Shown here: piece by piece, positions 48,620 to 59,336 of the stretch
How positions within the stretch are numbered: position 1 is the first letter of the stretch
How the letters are laid out: the number at the start of each line of letters is the position of its first letter
Origin: Piedraia hortae CBS 480.64
Taxonomy: Eukaryota
Reading direction: 5' to 3'
DNA length: 64,000 nucleotides
Assembly: GCA_010093745.1 (NCBI GenBank)
Contig: MU005982.1
Coordinates: 124,001-188,000 of the forward strand
The notes under the pieces: model-generated
Told to the model about the DNA's origin: nothing
The model's input: only the letters and a program-made list of their open reading frames with translations
Databases searched by the model: none
Made by a program: the position numbers and the translations under genes

Positions 48620-49840
48620 AGCTCCTCCAGCATATCATCTAGTCCTTGCCGTCTAGCTTTTACACAGCGGCGGCCAGCCATCTGTGTGAGCCGAGTGTGA
48701 ACGCATTCACTCTACGCCCACCAGCCCGGGCGAATCTGGAAGCTGGGGCTTGGACATCGGTAGTCTAAGTTAATGTTAATTACGGTAGGTTCGAACCAAG
48801 GCTCAAGAGTTTTTTGCAATGAACCCCGCTACTCCACTCCGTTACTAACTCTCTTTGACATTGGGAAGGTGGGGTATTTATATTAACCTTCTGTGCATGG
48901 CCGAGGATTAGCCGAAAGTCGCGCCTGCCGGACTGGTGGTTCAGATGGGATTATACGAGATGGCGTTTGCAATGATCGAATCGATTGGAAGGGGTTGGAT
49001 GTTTTTACGAGTCGTTCGGTGGCTCAATGAATCGCAGTGGCAGCTTGCTTGCAGACGACAAGCTGTCTCGCTCTGCTGAAACCTAAATTGTCATAAGATG
49101 GCATTCTAACTTTTGTACTGTCGGTATAGAGCACTACGATGTTGAAAATGGGATCTTGCCATGTGTCCAGCCACCGCTCTCCTCCAACTGGCACGTCAAA
49201 CAAAAACGAGTGGTAGGACAAATCGGGGAGCTGATGGCAAAGAATACAAAAAGTGACAATGAAAAAAGGTAGCCCCTCCCAAGACGCTGTTTCTCCATCT
49301 CCCCTACCGCCATCCTTTTCCACAAGTAACGTGCCTGTGTGTAGCTTCGTGATGAATTACGAGAAGCGCGACAAAAGCAGAAGGATCAGGAAGCGTAGCT
49401 TGGGCATCGGTCTACTGGTTGTCGGAGGGGTGAACCTCCGAGGACTAGAGCGGAGTGGATGTCAACGACGAAAGTTTTCACTCAACATTTACTGAAAAAA
49501 GGTGAAAATGTAAATGTCTGAATCTATGAGGTGAGGTTCGAAACCTCCCCCACACTACCTCAGTCTAACCGCATTTGCCAGGACAACGTCAGCGAACCAT
49601 GCCCTTAAGCATGAACGAGACAATGACCCGTCTCAGGGAAAACTTCCTCTATAGAGGTAATAACCCTGAGAATTTTCGACTTCTATCTATAGTTCTGGTC
49701 ATAGTGGGTGCCACATCCTTCTGACACTGGTCTTACAGACTTCGAACCCGGGGTCTCCCCCAGGCATTGGAATGGGGAGTAATCCACCCTACCCCGCCAT
49801 GATACTAACCCGTCATGACATCGGGAAGTGGGGGTTTTTA
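48620..49840 (-). ncRNA. Putative telomerase-RNA-like gene or pseudogene, copy 2, disrupted by a solo LTR
   Basis: Collinear with 15305-16175; same pseudoknot strands (~49102-49280) and GUGAA-UGCG-UUCAC hairpin (~48697-48710). Confidence 0.55.
49420..49726 (+). mobile_element. Solo LTR, family A
   Basis: TGTCGGA...TCTGACA, TSD CTGGT (49415-49419/49727-49731); empty site visible in the paralog at ~16068-16085. Confidence 0.93.
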
Positions 49841-49993
49841 AACCAACGCAGGTGCGCTAGGATCAGCCGTGAAATGGCCGGATCATGTGACTTTGTTTTC
49901 AAGGTGCAGATGAACTCAGCAGGGGAAATCAAGCTTGCGCTCAGCACAATGAATGAGACACCACATGTCAGACCAGTTTTGAATTGAAGCATG

Positions 49994-50370
49994 TGTTATA
50001 CTAACTACAACGACGAGCTTCATGACGAAGACAGATAGTATGTATGAGTGAGAACGATGGATGGAAAGTAGAGATGTGTTTTATGAGTGAATACAAGTAT
50101 ATCTTCGAGGGAACATCAGAGAATATATTCTGGGCTGGAAGGCCCGTGCGTAGCCTCGTATGAAGAGTCATCAATTGTATGACCATAAGCAAGTGGTCAT
50201 ACATGCAGTAAGACTGTCAGCATGCAGTCTTACTCCATGACTCACCTCATAACAGTAGCAGGGCGCATTCACCATGTCGCATGCGACATGACCCTGAGGG
50301 AAACCTCTGTGAGGACAAAACCTAGGGTGCAGCTGCTGGTGTAAGAGGTGTCGCGCAGTGGCATCGTACA
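49994..50370 (-). mobile_element. LTR, C-related subfamily
   Basis: TG...CA bounded; reverse complement of 38160-38456. Confidence 0.7.
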
Positions 50371-53017
50371 CTGATAGCAACGAGACTTCATGCCAACACT
50401 TCATGCAACGCATAAGCGATGATAAAACAAAGAAACGCAACCAGAGTAATTTTTTCGTCAGGATCTTTGAAAGACGGGGCTCCAAGGCATACCTGCCCTA
50501 CTGCCTTCTTACTCACCCTCGATCACCAGTTTATGTCGTAATTCTTGTCAAGTACGTAAGTCCATGCAGGGGCGTATCATTGCTATCCACGGTAGAGATT
50601 AGATCCCCAGAGTCATTTTTCGCAAAGTCCGTGCGTTTTTTTTATCACATCCACGTGTTATATGTATCTCTTTCCACCAGCTCTGATGTATTAATGTATC
50701 GATCTGTGGGGACGACAGGCTCGTCGCCTTCTTCAGCAATTCAATTCTCTTCAGTAACTTCATACTGATGCAAATCTTCGGTCATGGGCAATACTCGGTA
50801 ATGGATTCCATGATGCAATTTTGGCGAGTGTAGATGAGTTTGGGGCGCGGTGGATAATCGTTTGCAAGTCGTATTGTATTTTTAGTAATGCTGTTCGCAC
50901 CTTCGTCATGAGATGCGCTTTGTAACTCATCATAGCGCCACTGGTCGACCATGTCATTCGCGCTGCAGATATACGCGCAAGATCTCTGTGCCAAACATTA
51001 GGACTTGATTACACAGCAGAAGTGTAATATTTGCAAATCTACCAGCAGGTCTTTACAATATCTTCCCTGACGCAATCGAAAGTTTCCCCAATGCACATCC
51101 TCTCTTGCACCATTGTCATTGCTCAGGCTTTGTCATGCATATGGACATATCATAGGGACTGTCGAGTTCATCCATGTGGAGGTGGGCAGTCCAGTCGGCA
51201 TAATCACTACTGCCCAAATGGTCCACCGGCAGCCCGCCTGTGTCCTGATGACTCATCAATATATGAGGGCTAGGTCTCTGATTTCCAGACTGGTTGTCTC
51301 GAGAATTTAATCTGTGCGAGAATAAACCTGCTATGCTTAGCCCGCCTATGCAGACGAAACTGGCTTGAACGTTCGTCGAAGTTTAGCAACATTCTCCCTT
51401 AGGCTCTTACCCGCTGAAAGATTTTATAAGACAGATGGCAGCTCTTCCGGCTAAGCATAAACTTAAGACCCCGAATTTGATGGGGATAAAGAGACATGCA
51501 ACGGAATCCATGCAAAGGAGATCAGAACGGCAGGATAGGGTGATGTAAGCAACAGTACGGTGGTTGGCGGTGCTGTACGATGGAAGAAGGTGTTCTTCCC
51601 CAAGGACTCGTAAACACTGTCTGACCCCTGTGATGAGCAGTGTCTATTCCCACGCCACGCATTCAAAGGCTCCACCCGGCCCGACAATAATCATTCCCCT
51701 CATTACCTTTGAGAGACATTGCCTCCCGACCTTGTGCCTGTCTCCTCAGGCATCAATTCGATATTGATCGTTCGAGTCGCTGAGATCAATCTCGTCCTTC
51801 ATATTCAATCTCTTGCGTGCGTTATAATGATTGATCAAGTCCTTGTCTTCCAGCAATCTAAGATTGCGCTATTGCGGATGGAGATTAGTTGTGCAACGTC
51901 AAATTTTGGGTCAACGGTCTTGTACGCTTAGAGAAGCTCCTCCTCACGACCAAATCAGGGGCAGACTCCACAGCAGCTAGGAAGCACCGCCACTGCGTTT
52001 ATGCCCCTAGCGACCCGACAAGAAGTAGCGTGTCTTGCTGACTGGACTCATCGCACTGGTCTCAATATGCACGAAGATGCTCTGGGATTGGCATATATGC
52101 GCATTTGGATCGCTGCACAGAGCATAAAATAGCTAATGACCACGGTCAACGCAACGTTACATGCACAAAATGTGTGGAATGTTTTGAGAAAACTCATCTT
52201 GTGCGTGCTTGATTGCGTTGACAGCCATTTGCGTGTCTATGAACACGCGAGTATGTGTCGTGCGACTACACACCGCCTAGGTCTTCTATCGGGCGTCAGA
52301 TGTCGTCGTGCAGTGTAAGTTTCGTGGAGCTCTTGCCTCATAATTGTATTGTAATGGGATGTAAGCCTAGCGTACCATTACGGTTGCTCCATATGGTATG
52401 TAGCTTACAGGACTGTCCTGAAAAACATAGATTCTGGTGTCATTCGATCAGCTTGATGCAAGGGGCGAGTTTATCCAACCTTGAAAAGCCTTTTGGTTCT
52501 CTGGTGGGCAACTTTTGCGCGTCGGCCAATGTAGATGATGGGCTGATGGGGCTAAGATCCTGGCTAGGGTGTATTCGCATAGCTTCTCGAGATGAGCCAT
52601 TCATCTATTTTGTAGGACGAGAAATATGAGGCATGTGCCTTTGTGGGTAAATGGCGTAATATTGCAGATAAGTTTCGCAAACCACCGATGCTCAAAAAAA
52701 CGCACTTTATCTAGATGATTGCCAAATCGAAGATGTCTCCGTCTTAACAAAGAAAACATCCCTTTCAACGTAGGTAGAGTTCATATCCCATACCCAGGTC
52801 GTAGCAAACCCTCTTTATTCCTCCAAAACTCTCATAAAGCGAGAACGAACCCACAAGATAAAACCGAAAACAGACAGAGTACTCGAATACCACTACAGAA
52901 TCGTGCAATTAATACACACGCTGCCCATAGTCCTTAATTCCCTATCCCTGTTTCTTCGTCATGAAGGCCAGATATTATCCCTGAACCTCAAGAAAAAATC
53001 TGACATCTTGTCTTGGA

Positions 53018-54574
53018 TTAGACGATTTGATACTTGTTGAGGCCAAGCGTGCTAGCAAGCCCAACATTACCGTCGACCAAGTCACTGATCTGCGTACAAG
53101 CAGCTTCAACGATATCGGCTTTGGATAGACGTCCCCAGCGGGGGAGCTGCAGGAGCTGCTGAAGCTCACCGAACATCGTCATTATATTGACACGGCGATG
53201 TTTCTCCGCCGCGATATGCTTCTGACGACGATATTCAGCGCGTGAATTCGGTGACAACGGATGGGCAGCATTGCCATGAGCCTGGGAGCAATGACCATTA
53301 GAGGCCCCGTTGGGATAGTGGCCCCTATTGAAACCGGCAGGTACATTGTGCCCGTTATTGTTTTTGACAATGTACGCAGGCCCAGCCCCAGAGCCGGGGG
53401 TGAGATTGCCGTTGTACTGAACAGGCCCGTTACCCCAGAGACGCTGCAAGGGCCCCGGACCAGCGGGCGTGGGCATCATGCCGCCGCCGGCCGCGATATT
53501 GGGGTTCGTCATCAGATAATTGCCTGTAGGATCGCCGGGACCGTAACCGACATGGGCGCCGTGAGATTGAGCTGTCGTATTGAACAAGTTCGTAAGCTGA
53601 TCACGCTGAGTGTAAGTAGTCTGCTGCGAATTTGGCATGTTGTTGAAGTTGAATTCAGACTGATCAACTGCATCGCTAAATTCGGTGTTGTCGCAGTGAC
53701 GCTGTGAATTACAAGTGACAGCGCGATTGAAGTTGTTTTGGCCTTCACGCTGGTTACCATTTTGGTTATTCACAGCATAGTAGTTGCCGGCTTGGCCAGG
53801 CTGGGTGGGTCCACCATTCAAAGCCGAAATCGTGGCAAAAATTGACCCCGGATCAATATTTTCTTTGTCGGCTTGAATTTCATTGTCATTGCGACCCGGG
53901 TACTTGCCCTCATTAACTTCATGATTTAACACATGGTTGCCCTCATTAAGATAAGCGTCCGGGCGCACGTGATCCATGTCCTGAGTGGAGCCCTCAAGCC
54001 AGGAGTCCTCAAAAACATTGAACTCAGTACCAGCAGTTACACCGGCCAAGAGTCCACCGCTAATGCCCTGAGGCTGGCCTGCATTCGAGTTGCCAACATA
54101 GCCAGTGACATTGACAATCGACCTATAATCCGGCATCTCACCGGCATTTTGGGGGTAAACGGCGGGTACCGAGTCTTGCATATCGCCACTTAAGGCCTTG
54201 AGTTCAGCATCCTTGAAAAAAGTTCCCTTAAGCCCGCCAGGCCCATCATCAATGCCGAGGGCAGGGTCATAAACGTTGACAGAGCCCTGCTGAGGGTTAT
54301 CAAAGGATTCAGCAAAAGCAGCAAAGTCCGGAAAACCAGCCAGGGCGTGGCCCAGAGAGCCATGGGTACCCATGTTAGCCACAGCAGCATAATTGGCCTC
54401 AATAGGGACAATAGGTCCCATGCCAGCATCACCCGGAACCGGGGAGTACAAGCTCACCTTGTTGGCATCGCCAAGCATGGCCTTAAAACAATCGTCGATA
54501 TTAAAACTCAAATCATACTGATGAGTAGGGGTTTTGGGGGGGCTGCCCTCATGGTTGCCTCCAGGTTCATTCAT
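53018..54574 (-). CDS. bHLH transcription factor (C-terminal bHLH, N/G/Q-rich disordered N-terminus)
   Basis: RRQKHIAAEKHRRVNIMTMFGELQQLL...LSKADIVEAACTQI; likely ATG 54574. Confidence 0.8.
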   Translation of the reverse strand: MNEPGGNHEGSPPKTPTHQYDLSFNIDDCFKAMLGDANKVSLYSPVPGDAGMGPIVPIEANYAAVANMGTHGSLGHALAGFPDFAAFAESFDNPQQGSVNVYDPALGIDDGPGGLKGTFFKDAELKALSGDMQDSVPAVYPQNAGEMPDYRSIVNVTGYVGNSNAGQPQGISGGLLAGVTAGTEFNVFEDSWLEGSTQDMDHVRPDAYLNEGNHVLNHEVNEGKYPGRNDNEIQADKENIDPGSIFATISALNGGPTQPGQAGNYYAVNNQNGNQREGQNNFNRAVTCNSQRHCDNTEFSDAVDQSEFNFNNMPNSQQTTYTQRDQLTNLFNTTAQSHGAHVGYGPGDPTGNYLMTNPNIAAGGGMMPTPAGPGPLQRLWGNGPVQYNGNLTPGSGAGPAYIVKNNNGHNVPAGFNRGHYPNGASNGHCSQAHGNAAHPLSPNSRAEYRRQKHIAAEKHRRVNIMTMFGELQQLLQLPRWGRLSKADIVEAACTQISDLVDGNVGLASTLGLNKYQIV

Positions 54575-55311
54575 GATAGCACAAGTCTGCAGTGCTTTAA
54601 AGCTGGAGTCAATGAAGGAGGTTGAAAGAGTGTTTAGTGGATTTTCCGAATTTAGGAGAAGTGTGGTGTGTGGTAAAGGTGCAGAGGGAAGCACATGCAA
54701 TTTTAGATATGTTGACGCAAGTGGAGTTTGTTGACGCGGCGATATGTTGTCGAGACGTTGTCGTCGTTGTTATGATCTAGAACGTGACGTGTTGTTAGCG
54801 GCATTTTTGTGTACGGAAAACCGGACAGCTTTGCTTCTCAAATAGCAGGCACGGTAAAAATCTTGCAACGGCGCCAAGTTGTTATAGTCTTCGTTATGTT
54901 GTATGTGGATCAGAAACGCCTATGATGTGGAACAGAAGGGGTGCGTGAAATTGATTCGACATGTGGAGAGGCATGTGTGTCAAAAGATCTTTCGCTGCTA
55001 TGTACAATCCTTGAATGTACACGTGCAAACAATACTACTGAATACCACTTGAATAATCGTGTAAAAAGATCCATGTGATGCTATGGATGTTGGAAAATTA
55101 TGGAGTTTGCCAAGCAAACAAGCGGGCCGGGCCGAACCGAGTAAGACCCACCCATCTCGCGCTTGTTTGGATGACGTGGTTTGTTTGTTCGTAGGGCATA
55201 AAGGCATGCTTGATCGGTAAACATTTGTTTCTATTAACCACAGCAGCTCCGCGGTCCAAGCCCATCTAAGGAAATCAAAGCTTAGTCATTCGACGCTTGA
55301 ACGTCACGCAT

Positions 55312-55539
55312 TGTTACGGCGAGGCTGTGTGTGCGCGGGACGACCCGCGCCGCCTAAGCGCACGGAGAATTTGATACACCGACGCGCCCTGCTAGTTATT
55401 CATAGCTACGCTCGCTACCACGCGCGAAAGGACAGCGCTTCTGAATTGGTTTATATTACCCTAGCTTCCCAGTAGATAGCAGTTTGGATTGTCCTCGTTG
55501 TTGGGACTTATTGAACCTTTTCCTCTGAGCTCCGTAACA
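55312..55539 (+). mobile_element. Solo LTR, family D
   Basis: TGTTACGG...CCGTAACA, TSD CGCAT (55307-55311/55540-55544). Confidence 0.93.
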
Positions 55540-56433
55540 CGCATGCACAAAACATCGGCATAGAGGACGAACCAAGAATGCAGACGGCATATCAATATAT
55601 TGCTCACGCGCAAAGCCTCTTAACCACAAGTATACTAGCCGACGGAACTAGCGAACGGCTTCCTTTGTCCTTGCCCAAAGAAAATCTGATGAGCAGCGAA
55701 GGTTCGTTGTTGCGTCCACTGTAGATCACGCAGACGCAAGCCCCAGGGTTTAATGTATCGCAATAGTTATCTCTGGAGGCCTGGACCTGTCAGATTCATC
55801 GTTTGACATTTCTCTCCAGCAATCGCGTCTCCACAGCCAAGGGACCCACGGGACTCTCTCAATGGCATCGCGTGCACGTCTCTTCGATGAAGGGCGATGG
55901 TGGGACCACTTACTCTGATTTCTTTCGACGGGGCCCGTAGAGTGATGACAGGCTTACTCATTGCTTGCGTGAGGAGATCATGATAATGGATTGAACGTTG
56001 TTTAATAGTTGGCCAGTCACGTTTCCAATCCGCTCTATACAAGCTTTGATAGGAGGCGTACTTGTCAAGGGTGTTGTGAGTCCCTGTCATTGTCTGGCAA
56101 AGTGGTTTGGCGACAGGACGACTGTTGGACGACGGACGAGGGCATTGAAAACATACAGACTATTGGACTACTGAATTGGTTGACTAAGAATAGAGTCCCT
56201 CAGATCACTGTTATACTTGAGCAGAGCAGATCGTGCGGCGAAAGACCAGCAGGAAGGATCAGCTCTATACCTCACAATTCACCTTCCCAGGCTTAACATG
56301 GAGATGGAGCCAGGAACTACTCATCTCTGAGCCCAAGACTTCAAGAACTCGCTGAACGGAATTGAATGGCAAGTAATGAGTCTATGTACAATAAGTACCA
56401 AGAACAGAAGTCATATACCCGCACACAAGCATA

Positions 56434-57828
56434 TTATAAAATCGGCTGCATCAGCGCGTTAGGATTATCCCTGCAGTTTGCATCCTTTTCGCCCATTATA
56501 TGCTGCGCGGTGATGAGTTTCGACATCAACGGTTCAAGATTGAGACCCAGCTCCATCGGATCAGTCAATGAATTTGTCGATGACAAATGTTGGCATCCAG
56601 AAGTTGAATTACTTCTGGAAGCTAAGGTGGCATTGCGCTCGAAAGCTCCAACGCACCACTTGAACGTTGCAGGAAAATGGACTATCTCAGTAGAGCCGTG
56701 GCCGCCGTTCTTCACAGTATTGAAGGTACCGGTGATGCCGTTTTTACACCAGCTGTTGAACGTCTCGGAGGCATTAGTGTATGGGATGACCTCGTCGTCG
56801 GGCGCGTGATACATGTAGACTGGTGCGGTGGGCATCTCGTCGGCTTTGACGCCCATGATGTTGTCGCCCATAACTTTTGCGATTTCTGGCTGATAAAACA
56901 GGCCTGTTCCAAACTTCTGGAAGTTTGTGCTAAAGATGGATTTCAATTTGAACTTATTGACGTTCTCAAGCGCGCAGTTTCTGCTGACAAACTGCATCGC
57001 TAATTTACCTTCAAATTGGGCGGCATCGTCGAGGATGGGCTCTATTTCCTTGCCATAGGCGCTGGGTCGCGTTAGGCCGAAGAGGGCTGGAGGGAGGAAG
57101 CCGGTCCACGGGGTGTTATCAATGTGCATGGCCGTGCCGGTCAAGTTTGCGGGCGTGCCGCCCATGGCCCAGCCTTTGATGTTGAGCTCGGGTGCGTATT
57201 TGGGCTGCAGGGAGGCTGCCCAGCCAGTGGCGATTGCACCACCAGAGTAACCTGTCGCGACAATGGCAGGGTTCTTGGTCGTGAGTTCCAGGGTAGATCC
57301 ATAGTTGATAACGGCGCGCATGGAGTCCAATACACATGTACCAGCCAGACGTCCGGCGCCAAAAGCTGCATCAGGGCCCTCGTAATCAGGAGACACGACG
57401 ATGAAGCCAGACATAACATAGGCTTGGATCAGGATTGACTCAAGTTCAGTAATCAGGTCGCTGGTTGGCAAGGATCCCAGTTGGTAGGTGTAGCTTGGGT
57501 TGCAGCGCGAGGCCGAGCTGTCGTAAGCCGTCTGAAACGATATGAAGCGATCTGTTTTCGCTTTGGTCAATGGCTTGAGAACAGTCGTCACTGTGGCGAT
57601 CGCTGATCCGTCAATTGCTGTGGTTCTGTAGAGAATCTGGTGACCCTCGACGGCGTTGACGATAAATCCCAGAAACGACGGGATAATGGGGCGGCATTTC
57701 AGGACAGTGCCCGGAGGTTTTGCCTCATATCCGATGGGAGGTGTGTAGAAAGGATCAAAAGCCGGGAATAGAGCACCCAAGGTGAGGCCTAGATTCAAGG
57801 CGAGAAGTGAGATGACGCGCAGCATCAT
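56434..57828 (-). CDS. Secreted lipase, LIP (Candida/Malassezia secretory lipase) family
   Basis: Signal peptide, DPFY.PP, YRTT, PDYEGP, GYSGG nucleophile motif, DEVIP, catalytic His. Confidence 0.92.
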   Translation of the reverse strand: MMLRVISLLALNLGLTLGALFPAFDPFYTPPIGYEAKPPGTVLKCRPIIPSFLGFIVNAVEGHQILYRTTAIDGSAIATVTTVLKPLTKAKTDRFISFQTAYDSSASRCNPSYTYQLGSLPTSDLITELESILIQAYVMSGFIVVSPDYEGPDAAFGAGRLAGTCVLDSMRAVINYGSTLELTTKNPAIVATGYSGGAIATGWAASLQPKYAPELNIKGWAMGGTPANLTGTAMHIDNTPWTGFLPPALFGLTRPSAYGKEIEPILDDAAQFEGKLAMQFVSRNCALENVNKFKLKSIFSTNFQKFGTGLFYQPEIAKVMGDNIMGVKADEMPTAPVYMYHAPDDEVIPYTNASETFNSWCKNGITGTFNTVKNGGHGSTEIVHFPATFKWCVGAFERNATLASRSNSTSGCQHLSSTNSLTDPMELGLNLEPLMSKLITAQHIMGEKDANCRDNPNALMQPIL

Positions 57829-59336
57829 GAAACGACTGGCAATCGCAATAAGTCAAAGCAACGACTTGTTCTTGAAACGAAGGTATCTGTAAAACGAATG
57901 TGTACGAAGCAATCAGCTGGCTTCCGTCTTATCACACAAGGCAGAACATGGTACTAATGGGAAATCGCTAGAGACGGATGGGCAGAGGGCTCCTGAACAG
58001 GAATAGCCATCATCGGAACGGCATGACCAGAGGGCATCCATGGCGGGCGGTTGCAAGTTCCTTCGAGCATGTCCGGGAGCCAAGGCATGGGGCGTCTCGA
58101 GCAATGTGCTTTTCAACAGCGCCGCACACACATCAGGCTATAATTGATCAACGCGCCGGTGTCCTGCTGTTTGTATTGCCAAGATATGGTAATGCCTGAC
58201 CAGCTGTTAACTAGCAGCCATTGATCGTAGTTAGCCGTGCACGGATGAAGGTGCCAAAATAATATTAAGCTCTGCCAAGCAGCCCCTTTGACAAAACGCC
58301 ATATGTAGACACGTCACACCGTTTGAGCAAGGAACCGAGGACCGTTATGGACTTTAGGGCGAATACCTATGATAGGGCAGAACGGGTGAAATAGGCCTGA
58401 TTCTGCATATGAAGTGAACCACGGCACGGCTGTCCGTTTTCTTTGCCATGCCGTATATTTATGGGATTGTAATCATCCGGCAGTTGGTAATGCAGAAAAC
58501 TCTGGCGGGAAAATGGCTGGATAATCCTAGTTAGGTCGGTACACCGGAGGGTCTGCAGGTCAATGTACGCATGATATTGCTGGAAGGTAGAGATGCATCG
58601 GACTATACCTCTATAAGACTCTTGCTGATTCAGAATTGACTACAGACAAACAACCAGGGATCTTTAATATCACCCATTGACGGTCATCGATCTGAGCTCT
58701 CTTCCCTACTAATGAGGAGATATCACGAACACACACTGATTCCACCTTCATCTCTTCCAGGGTGCCCTCAACACGCCCCGCTGAAAATGACCTCTCAAAC
58801 TTGGATACTGGACAGCCTTTTGTTAGGTGAGTCAGTTGGCAGAGGGCAGATAGGTCATGACAATCAAAAGCTGCATCTTCCATCCCCTGTAATATATGGA
58901 TCACAACTCGGTTATGTTTAAGCAGGATAGCTGTCTGTATAATCTAACCAGACACCTCGCAACGAGATAGCGCCCACACTTATCCCGTTCTTCGTCGCCA
59001 GCCCTTTACGAAAATACACGAACGCCGTCCTACATAGCGCTAAACCCAAACCGTCCAGCGAGCCACGCATCCAGGGGCCGATCAGCCATGAGTGTAATAC
59101 CTAAGAATCTCGCTATTATCCAACATTCCACTCACAGATCCAGCCCATTGAAGTGTCGCCGTACATTCCAAAGGAATCCATTGTAGCACAACCCAATGGC
59201 AATCTCGCAGCCCTTTGAACGTTTGCGCCACACGCGCCGGCGCGTGGCCCTCCGCAAGGCTACAGTCTTCATGTCGCCTCCATCCGCCTCACTAAGACCA
59301 TCTACACCGACAAACTCATGACTCTCATAAGACTCA

